A stretch of 64,000 bases of DNA, taken from a virus. The translations under genes and the position numbers were made by a program. Below, in pieces: positions 46,008-53,388 of this stretch (its first letter is position 1; every line of letters starts with the position of its first letter). Location of the stretch: the IMG/VR virus record IMGVR_UViG_3300027782_000044, positions 1 through 64,000 of that record; one strand, 5' to 3'. The notes below the pieces were generated by a model. The model had not been told where the DNA came from and made no database searches. It worked only from the letters and a program-made list of their open reading frames with translations.

Positions 46008-46587
46008 TTATTTCTCCAAAAACATCTTTATTCAAAGACACAACTTCATTTAGTTTATGCTTTGCAAACATTGTAGATATGTATCTAGTTATATTATCTT
46101 GAACTGGAAGTGTTCCATGAAGTATCTCTCCAGCATGCAGAAGCAATGATCCTGCAATTGGTTTATGGGTTATCCCAAGATCTGGATACCTTAGCTCTCC
46201 GCCTTTATAGTCATCATTATAATAAATAACTACTCCATAAAAAACCTGTTCTCCATTAAGTCTGTGGCCATCATGATCATCTGTATGCTCACCAAGGGCA
46301 TCGTTTAGCATATATCTTTGAAGATTTATTCCAGTTACTTCTAGATTTCCATTAAATAAATTACAGACTCTTTTATATATATCACTAAATATAGACTCTT
46401 TATTTACTAAACTGCTATTTAAAACTTTGTCTGTCCAAAAATCATACTGTATACCCTCTTCAGACCAATCTAAATTATCTTTAGATTCAGCAAACTGCAT
46501 TACCTGATCAAGCTCGTCTTGTGTTATAAAATTTTGTATTTCATAAACTTGATCAGATAACTTTGCAATTTTATAGTCTAACATCAA
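45997..46587 (-). CDS. 2OG-Fe(II) oxygenase, prolyl-4-hydroxylase-like
   Basis: HTD...YYNDDYKGGEL...HGT...RY. Confidence 0.9.
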   Translation of the reverse strand: MMLDYKIAKLSDQVYEIQNFITQDELDQVMQFAESKDNLDWSEEGIQYDFWTDKVLNSSLVNKESIFSDIYKRVCNLFNGNLEVTGINLQRYMLNDALGEHTDDHDGHRLNGEQVFYGVVIYYNDDYKGGELRYPDLGITHKPIAGSLLLHAGEILHGTLPVQDNITRYISTMFAKHKLNEVVSLNKDVFGEINGI

Positions 46588-46592
46588 CTACA

Positions 46593-47351
46593 TTATTCTT
46601 GGTTTTGTTCGTGATAGGCCTTTATGTATTCTTCTGATGGTCCACCTGGGCCACCTACAACATAACCATCAACAAATATAAATCCAGGAGTAATAAACTT
46701 TTCTCCTTCTTTCATAATATGAACTTGGTGCTTGTATGGATCTGTAGATGGGAAAATTAATGCGCTTCCAGCTTTTGGCTTTGCAGTAAATGTGACCATG
46801 TCTTTAGTCCTTGGGTCTAGCGCATCATCTGGTGGTCTAAGATGACCATTCATTTCTAATCTTAGATCTTCTGGTCTAATAACAAACGATATTTCTCCGC
46901 CTTCATAGTCATCATTCCAGTAAATAATAATTGACCACTCTAGGCTATTATCTCCAGCTTGTCTATCAAAGTGAGCTCCCATTGCACAGCCTGGAATATA
47001 CTTTTGTATACCAACAAACGGTGATACGTTTGGAACTCCCTTAAGGCCTCGATCAACAATAAAAGACTCTGATATATTCTTAATAGCATTTCTAATTGTT
47101 GATATAATTAGGTCGACATCTTTTCTTAAATCATCATCTAGGTTTTCTACTTCAGAAAGGTTAAAATCTTTTTTCTTTCCAAAGATGTTGCCGTCTCTGC
47201 TACTTGAATTCCAGTTTTTCCAGCTTGGAATAACCTTATGAACTCTTTCATCAGAATCAAGCTTATTAACTAAATCAATAATTGCCTGGGGGTTCTCAAT
47301 TACATCTGAATACATGTAAACATTTTCATGTAATTTTTCTTCTAGCTTCAT
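46593..47351 (-). CDS. 2OG-Fe(II) oxygenase, prolyl-4-hydroxylase-like
   Basis: HFD...YWNDDYEGGEI...HQV...KF. Confidence 0.9.
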   Translation of the reverse strand: MKLEEKLHENVYMYSDVIENPQAIIDLVNKLDSDERVHKVIPSWKNWNSSSRDGNIFGKKKDFNLSEVENLDDDLRKDVDLIISTIRNAIKNISESFIVDRGLKGVPNVSPFVGIQKYIPGCAMGAHFDRQAGDNSLEWSIIIYWNDDYEGGEISFVIRPEDLRLEMNGHLRPPDDALDPRTKDMVTFTAKPKAGSALIFPSTDPYKHQVHIMKEGEKFITPGFIFVDGYVVGGPGGPSEEYIKAYHEQNQE

Positions 47352-48094
47352 TTGTCGTTCTCCTCTATTTTATATTTATTTCCATCTAGATCTATTCGGT
47401 ATCCTTCTTTTAATGCATCTTGCCATTCTGACTTTATAACTTCCTGCTCTTCTCTAATTTTTTTCATTTCTGCATCCCAAGCGTCTATTGTTTCTTGTGG
47501 ATATGATTCTGGTGACCGATCATCCCAAAATGAACCTAGGGTGTATCTTATTCCAGAAGTTATCATTGTAACCTCATGAGTATTATCAAAGCCTCCTGCA
47601 AAAGCTGCTAGCGTTCCAGTCTCTGGGACAAGTGTATGATTTTGCTTGTTAAATATTAACTGACCGCCCTCAAACTCATCATTTAAATACAAGAAGGCTG
47701 CGTATCTACTTCTTTCAAATGGGCCAGTGTTTCCCTGCAAATCTGTATTGTCAGAATGCTCTTTAGCATAAGCTCCTGGCTCCCACTTTTGAGCATGAAA
47801 TCCAATTTTATGAATATCAAATGAAGAATTTCCATGCACCTCAGCTACAGCATCAATAATTCTATTTTGAAGAACTGAAAAAAAATCTGATGGCAAGCCG
47901 AACTGCTCTAGTTCTTCATCTCCGTCTTGGGGCAAAACTGATGAGTATGATTCATAGAAAGTGATAGGTGTCCAAGATAGCTTTTCATTTGCAACCTGCG
48001 CTTCTAAAACTTTTATAATTGCGGAAGATTCTTCTTTTGTTAAAAAGTTTTTAAACACTAAAATATCTGGCGTTAATCTTTCTGAAATACTCAT
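47348..48094 (-). CDS. 2OG-Fe(II) oxygenase, prolyl-4-hydroxylase-like
   Basis: HSD...YLNDEFEGGQL...HEV...RY. Confidence 0.9.
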   Translation of the reverse strand: MSISERLTPDILVFKNFLTKEESSAIIKVLEAQVANEKLSWTPITFYESYSSVLPQDGDEELEQFGLPSDFFSVLQNRIIDAVAEVHGNSSFDIHKIGFHAQKWEPGAYAKEHSDNTDLQGNTGPFERSRYAAFLYLNDEFEGGQLIFNKQNHTLVPETGTLAAFAGGFDNTHEVTMITSGIRYTLGSFWDDRSPESYPQETIDAWDAEMKKIREEQEVIKSEWQDALKEGYRIDLDGNKYKIEENDK

Positions 48095-48822
48095 TTATTT
48101 ATATCTCCATCTAGTAGTGTTCTATGATATTTTTTATTTGGATCTGGTTGGTTTTCTCCAGTATGCTCTAAAATTTCCCAGAAAAATGGACAAGTGTATC
48201 TTATAGCACCTTTAATTTCAGTTACTCCGTGGATATAATTCATATCGCCTGGGAAAAAATAAGCTGCTCCCTTTTTAGGTTTAAATTGAACTCCCTGTAG
48301 TGGAAAATATAATTCCCCACCTTCGTAATCATCATTCAAATAAAATAAGCTTGATAGATCGTAGTATGGAAAATCATTTGGCAATCCAATATCTGGAAGT
48401 TCATGAAGCTCTTTATCTGCATGTGGTTTCTGGAACTGTCCAGGAAGCCAACGAACAATTGTTGTTCCAGTTGGAGTTACTTTAACTTTATAAAAATCTT
48501 CAACAATTGGTTTTAGTCTTTCAAACAAACCCTGGAGAACGGGCCTAATTGCTGGATCATTTTTGTCTAAAGATGGGCTTGTGCAGACTCTATCTTTCCA
48601 ATAATTATGATCATATACGGTTGTACCATTTTCATTTACATGGCTCTCCGTTACATCCCAAATGGTAATCTTTCTAGCAGCTGCTTCAAGAAACTCTATT
48701 TCTTCTTGTGTCATAAAGTTTTCTAGCTCAACTATCATGTCCTTGCCAGATCCAAAAAATCCAGATGGGGTTAAAGATGGAGTCTTGTATACGACTGAAG
48801 CGTCTTGATTTGTTTGATTCAT
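48091..48822 (-). CDS. 2OG-Fe(II) oxygenase, prolyl-4-hydroxylase-like
   Basis: HAD...YLNDDYEGGEL...HGV...RY. Confidence 0.9.
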   Translation of the reverse strand: MNQTNQDASVVYKTPSLTPSGFFGSGKDMIVELENFMTQEEIEFLEAAARKITIWDVTESHVNENGTTVYDHNYWKDRVCTSPSLDKNDPAIRPVLQGLFERLKPIVEDFYKVKVTPTGTTIVRWLPGQFQKPHADKELHELPDIGLPNDFPYYDLSSLFYLNDDYEGGELYFPLQGVQFKPKKGAAYFFPGDMNYIHGVTEIKGAIRYTCPFFWEILEHTGENQPDPNKKYHRTLLDGDINK

Positions 48823-48834
48823 ATTCTTATTATA

Positions 48835-49551
48835 TCATTTCTCATTGCTTGAAGTAAGGTCAGTAATTTTTAACTTTAAAGACTTAACCTCATGGCTTCC
48901 AAGGACGGTGCCATCGTAATCTACTGCATCTCTATAGAAATTTGTGAATCCACCTGATTGAGTAATTTTATCCCAGGCCTTAAGTCTCGCTTGTCTACGT
49001 ATATGCTCTGACTCAGTAAATACTTTATCTTTTACTTCGAGCTCTACATTTTGATACTCTGACAAAGATATAGGGATAAATGTTGCCACTGGCATGCCCG
49101 CTGGAATCTTTATAACAGTATTCGGTCTTGTTATTTTCCATGCAATTGGTATGCCCTCTTTTAAAACAGATGTTGAAATAATTGTTGTAAATGGAGTAGC
49201 TCCATCTACAAAAAAATTAGGAGGAACTATTTGAAGCATTGAAACATTTGGATCCGTCTCAAAGAAAAACCCAGAGTAAAAACTAATTGTGCCATTTGCT
49301 CTTTGGCCAGTAGCAACTTGTGCTGGATCCGATATTATCTTTACATGATCTGGAGTCGTATCTGAAATACCATCCCAACTGAACTCAATATCATCTAAAA
49401 ATGAGATTGACCAACCAATTGTATTTGCCAAAGAAACTGGAAAACATTTGTATGCATGGGCATTTAGAGTTTCATCCATCCAGTCTCTTTTAACTTTAGT
49501 TTGTTCTATTTTAGACCTAGTCTGTTTATTTTTATAGGCTGTTATTTTCAT
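48835..49551 (-). CDS. DUF6065-like protein
   Basis: RDWMD...HAYKCFPVSLANTIGW motif; IPAGMPVATFIP; start moved to MKITAY (49551). Confidence 0.7.
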   Translation of the reverse strand: MKITAYKNKQTRSKIEQTKVKRDWMDETLNAHAYKCFPVSLANTIGWSISFLDDIEFSWDGISDTTPDHVKIISDPAQVATGQRANGTISFYSGFFFETDPNVSMLQIVPPNFFVDGATPFTTIISTSVLKEGIPIAWKITRPNTVIKIPAGMPVATFIPISLSEYQNVELEVKDKVFTESEHIRRQARLKAWDKITQSGGFTNFYRDAVDYDGTVLGSHEVKSLKLKITDLTSSNEK

Positions 49552-50242
49552 TGATTTCGTTATCCCATTTTGGATCATACATCTCTTGAGTATGAAATTT
49601 TTTACTATAGTCAAGCATAGTTACTATAGAATATTTTGTTCCTTTGGTTACAGCTTTTGCTTGATGAGGGTACATAAAGTTAGATGGGAAAATATAAAGG
49701 TCTCCAGCTCTTGGCTTAATATCTAGGCCCTGAAGTCTAAAATACAATCCTCCATCATCATAGTCATCGTTAACATAACCAACCAAGGACACAACGCAAT
49801 TATAAGAATATCCGTGGTCTTGGTGCTCCATAAAATGTTGGCTTTCTCCATATTTAATAAAATTAAAAGCTTCCCAATATTTAAGCTCCATAATATTATG
49901 CGCTTTGCAGTAATCTACAACTACTGGATATTGAGCATCATAAACATCTTGCCATAGAGATTTTAACTTTTCAGCATCTTCACTTTTATCAAGAGCTATA
50001 TCGCTTTTTTTAAATTTGAAATCTACGCAATCTCTATAGTCTGGCATTAACTGTTGATACCCAACATAAGCTGGCTGATAAGAATATCTTTTTTCTTTAC
50101 TGCCAACTGGACCAACTGAGCCTTCAAGTCTATTTATAATGTCAAATTCTTTTTTTAATACGTCTCTATATACAAATATTCCAGGAGCCAACTCTTCTTT
50201 GCTACTCCATGTTGGAGATGTGCTTTTCTTTTCTGTTGTCAT
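49532..50242 (-). CDS. 2OG-Fe(II) oxygenase, prolyl-4-hydroxylase-like
   Basis: HQD...YVNDDYDDGGL...FPSNFMYPHQA...KYS. Confidence 0.9.
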   Translation of the reverse strand: MTTEKKSTSPTWSSKEELAPGIFVYRDVLKKEFDIINRLEGSVGPVGSKEKRYSYQPAYVGYQQLMPDYRDCVDFKFKKSDIALDKSEDAEKLKSLWQDVYDAQYPVVVDYCKAHNIMELKYWEAFNFIKYGESQHFMEHQDHGYSYNCVVSLVGYVNDDYDDGGLYFRLQGLDIKPRAGDLYIFPSNFMYPHQAKAVTKGTKYSIVTMLDYSKKFHTQEMYDPKWDNEINENNSL

Positions 50243-51000
50243 TTATATTCTCTCTTTTTCCAAATTTTTGACTTATACACTCCACCGTCGGGCTGACGAT
50301 AAAACTTTGCATTATCCATTAGTTTTTTTTGCATTTCTTTTACATCAAGATACTCAACTTCGTGGCTCCAGTCTTCTCTTTTAAATGGAAGTACTTGTAG
50401 AAATGGTGTGCCTTTTGGGACAGTTCCTTCCCAATCTTTTGCAATAAAAAATGGAAATGTACCAAGTAAGTGGACCTCATCATTATCAACAATACCGCTG
50501 GTATTCAAGAAAGGCAAATCAAATCTATTCATTGGTGTCATAAATAATGCACTGTATCCTTTTGGAACTTGAATTCCCCATTCTGGGTACCAAGCAAAAT
50601 GATCTTCGTGATAACCAACTGGAGATGGAAATTGCTGCATAGGAGGTCTTTCTGTTACAAAGCCTACATGCTTTTTATCTTTTATCTCTACAGATATTTT
50701 TCCCTTTTTATTTTTTGAAAAAAATAAATCGCATGGCGTGCTTAATACATATCCAGTCATAAATGCATCTAGTATTGCTGGGCAAGCCTTCCATGTTGGA
50801 ATTTTACCATAGTCATCTTTTGTGCCTTCCCTTGGGATAGGGCAAACCTCTTTAGTGGCTTTATAGTATTCTCCATTTGGCATTTTTGCAAATCTGTCCG
50901 CCTCTTTGTACCATTCAGGAATACTGCCCTGAGTTGGCTTTGGTAAAGAAGGGCTGAATTTATCTAGCCATGGTCTAAAAGATTGAAATAGTATTTTAAT
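50239..51000 (-). CDS. DUF6065-related protein (possible dUTPase-like beta fold); start uncertain
   Basis: TWKACPAILDAFMTGY, SGIVDND, VPKGTPFLQVLPFKRE. The frame is open upstream of the first ATG (50883) and reads IKILFQSFRPW...PKPTQGSIPEWYK. Confidence 0.65.
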   Translation of the reverse strand: MKILFQSFRPWLDKFSPSLPKPTQGSIPEWYKEADRFAKMPNGEYYKATKEVCPIPREGTKDDYGKIPTWKACPAILDAFMTGYVLSTPCDLFFSKNKKGKISVEIKDKKHVGFVTERPPMQQFPSPVGYHEDHFAWYPEWGIQVPKGYSALFMTPMNRFDLPFLNTSGIVDNDEVHLLGTFPFFIAKDWEGTVPKGTPFLQVLPFKREDWSHEVEYLDVKEMQKKLMDNAKFYRQPDGGVYKSKIWKKREYK

Positions 51001-51700
51001 ATTTTTGTCCAGTCTCTTCTTTATGATAGAGATCGTTATAATCCATCATAATAACTACAGAATATTTTGTTCCAGATGATATATTTAAAGAAGCATGCTC
51101 GTAAACAAAGTTAGATGGAAACAGTATTATATCTCCTGCTTTTGGTTTTAAAATCATATCATGTCTTGGAAATTCAATTTCTCCGCCCACGTAATCATCA
51201 TTTAAATATACAACTGCTGATACCGTACATGTGTAATATGGACCATGGTCAGCATGTATTTTAAAAAACTCTCCTGGTAAATATTTTACAAAGTTAAATG
51301 CTTCTTTATAATTAATATTAAAATTCCATTCTGATTCATAATGTCTTAATGCTTTATTTAATCCAATATCAACAATATCATAGCATTCTCTTAAAACATC
51401 ACTGTCAGAAATATATTTACCAATTTGATCTTTTTTAAATTTTAAATCATAACAATTTCTGGCATGAGTAGTTCTATCTTTTCCATTAACTCTTGCGCCA
51501 TTCCATTGAATTCCAACTTTTTCTAAAGATATTTCTTCTTCAAGCATGGCAATTAGATTTTGGCAGTCTTCTTTACTTATTGCATTTCTATAAAGATTTA
51601 TCCCGTATTCAAGGTTTTCAACAACAATGTTTTCATCAATTTTTTTTGATTCAACTCTTGAAGTTGTTTTTTCAATTCTTGGTAGGTCATACCATTCCAT
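50996..51700 (-). CDS. 2OG-Fe(II) oxygenase, prolyl-4-hydroxylase-like
   Basis: HAD...YLNDDYVGGEI...FPSNFVYEHAS...KYS. Confidence 0.9.
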   Translation of the reverse strand: MEWYDLPRIEKTTSRVESKKIDENIVVENLEYGINLYRNAISKEDCQNLIAMLEEEISLEKVGIQWNGARVNGKDRTTHARNCYDLKFKKDQIGKYISDSDVLRECYDIVDIGLNKALRHYESEWNFNINYKEAFNFVKYLPGEFFKIHADHGPYYTCTVSAVVYLNDDYVGGEIEFPRHDMILKPKAGDIILFPSNFVYEHASLNISSGTKYSVVIMMDYNDLYHKEETGQKY

Positions 51701-51762
51701 AGTATCTCATTTCTACTATAACATCTTATCATACTATTCAAGAAAAGAAAAGTATATTTTAT

Positions 51763-53361
51763 TTAGTATCCTCTAAAGTATGGGAAGTACGGTCCGCCGC
51801 CAAAACTTGGGAAGAACGGTGGGAAGAACGGTCCAAATGATGGGAAGTATGGTGGGAAGAACGGTCCAAATAATGGGAAGAACGGGAAGCTTGGTCCCTT
51901 AAAGAACGGGAAGTATGGTGGGAAGAACGGCGGGAAGAATGGTGGGAAGAATGGGAAGAACGGTGGGAAGAACGGCGGGAAGAATGGTGGGAAGAATGGT
52001 GGGAAGAATGGGAAGAAGGGTGGGAAGAACGGTGGGAAGAACGGTGGGAAGAACGGTGGGAAGAATGGGAAGAACGGTGGGAAGAACGGTGGGAAGAACG
52101 GGAAGAACGGTGGGAAGAATGGTGGGAAGAATGGGAAGAACGGTGGGAAGAACGGTGGGAAGAACGGTGGGAAGAACGGTGGGAAGAACGGCGGGAAGAA
52201 TGGGAAAAACGGAGCTATGGTAGTAATATTAGCACTATTATTTGAAGCTAAAGATGTTCCATTAGCATTAGTTGCTGTAGCTGAATATGTTTGAGAAGTA
52301 TTTGCTGTATCAGCAATAATAGTAGTTGTTGCATTTGCTGCTAGGTTTCCAGATACAGAAGCATCTGATCCAGTAACATTGTGCCGTGTTAATGCAGATC
52401 CTCCAGAAGCTCCTATTTGCCAGTTAATTGTATTTTGATTAACGCCAGCTGTTGCTGTTAAGTTTTGTGGTGCTTGAGGAACTGTAGTTGCCGTAACTGA
52501 ACTTGATGTTGTGGCTTCTGATGTTCCATTAGCATTTGTTGCTGTTACGCTAAAAGTATAAGCTGTTGCTGAGCTAAGACTTTGAATGGTTATTGGGGAA
52601 GCTCCAGAACCAGTAAGAGCGCCAGATGTGGCAGTATAAGAGGTAATTGCAGAACCACCAGTAGCGCCGCCAGTTGCTGTAATGGTTACTGCACCATTAT
52701 TATATGCTCGACCAATTCCTACGTCTGCTACTGTTACAGTTGGTGCTTGAGGAACTGTAGTTGCCGTAACTGAACTTGATGTTGTGGCTGCTGATATTCC
52801 ATTAGCATTTGTTGCTGTTACGCTAAAAGTATAAGCTGTTGCTGATGCAAGGCCTCCAATAGTTAATGGAAGTAATCCCGAACCACTAAGAGCTCCAGAT
52901 GTAACAGTGTAAGCGGTAATTGCAGAACCACCAGTGGCGCCACCTGTTGATGCTAAAGTTATTGCACCATCATTATATGCTCGTCCTGTTCCTACATTTG
53001 TTGCTGTTATTGTTGGTGCTTGAGGAACTGTAGTAACGGTAATAGCTCCAGTTGCTGCTGAAACAATTGAGGTTCCTGCTGCATTTGATGCTGTCATGCT
53101 AAATGTTGGAGTTGCTCCAGAAGCAATTCCTTCAACAGTAATTGGTGAAGAAGATCCTGTTCCTGTTTGGCCAGTACTTGCTGTTACTGTAAAAGATGTT
53201 GCTGCAGGGGATGCTGCTGGTAAAGTAAAGGTTATTGTCACCGCTCCATTATTAAATGGTCGAGATGTTCCAACGTTTGAAGCTCCAGTAATTGTTGGTT
53301 GGCTTGGCTCTAAGAAATTATCTTGAGCCGATGATTTTATACCTCTTCTTTTACTTGCCAT
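51763..53361 (-). CDS. FN3-repeat virion-type protein with a C-terminal Pro/Phe repeat tail
   Basis: About four FN3-like units (PQAPT...GGSAIT.YT...YTFSVTATNANG.S), then 146 aa almost entirely P/F/Y/G/S. Confidence 0.85.
   Translation of the reverse strand: MASKRRGIKSSAQDNFLEPSQPTITGASNVGTSRPFNNGAVTITFTLPAASPAATSFTVTASTGQTGTGSSSPITVEGIASGATPTFSMTASNAAGTSIVSAATGAITVTTVPQAPTITATNVGTGRAYNDGAITLASTGGATGGSAITAYTVTSGALSGSGLLPLTIGGLASATAYTFSVTATNANGISAATTSSSVTATTVPQAPTVTVADVGIGRAYNNGAVTITATGGATGGSAITSYTATSGALTGSGASPITIQSLSSATAYTFSVTATNANGTSEATTSSSVTATTVPQAPQNLTATAGVNQNTINWQIGASGGSALTRHNVTGSDASVSGNLAANATTTIIADTANTSQTYSATATNANGTSLASNNSANITTIAPFFPFFPPFFPPFFPPFFPPFFPPFFPFFPPFFPPFFPFFPPFFPPFFPFFPPFFPPFFPPFFPPFFPFFPPFFPPFFPPFFPPFFPFFPPFFPPFFPPYFPFFKGPSFPFFPLFGPFFPPYFPSFGPFFPPFFPSFGGGPYFPYFRGY
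51775..52212 (-). repeat. 12/9-bp tandem repeat encoding (PPFF)/(PFF)n
   Basis: Plus-strand units (t/c)gggaagaa(c/t)gg and gggaagaa(t/c); degenerates to PPYF/GPFF/PSF at the C terminus. Confidence 0.98.
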
Positions 53362-53388
53362 TCATTTAACCCCTATCCATTTATTTTA

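Noticed and set aside
51775-52212. Possible CRISPR array or iterons
   Set aside because: Units are 9-12 bp, contiguous, lack spacers and lie in frame within a CDS.
51915-52223. Plus-strand ORF of (VGRT/M)n repeats
   Set aside because: Antisense shadow of the PPFF repeat; no RBS, and all real genes are on the minus strand.
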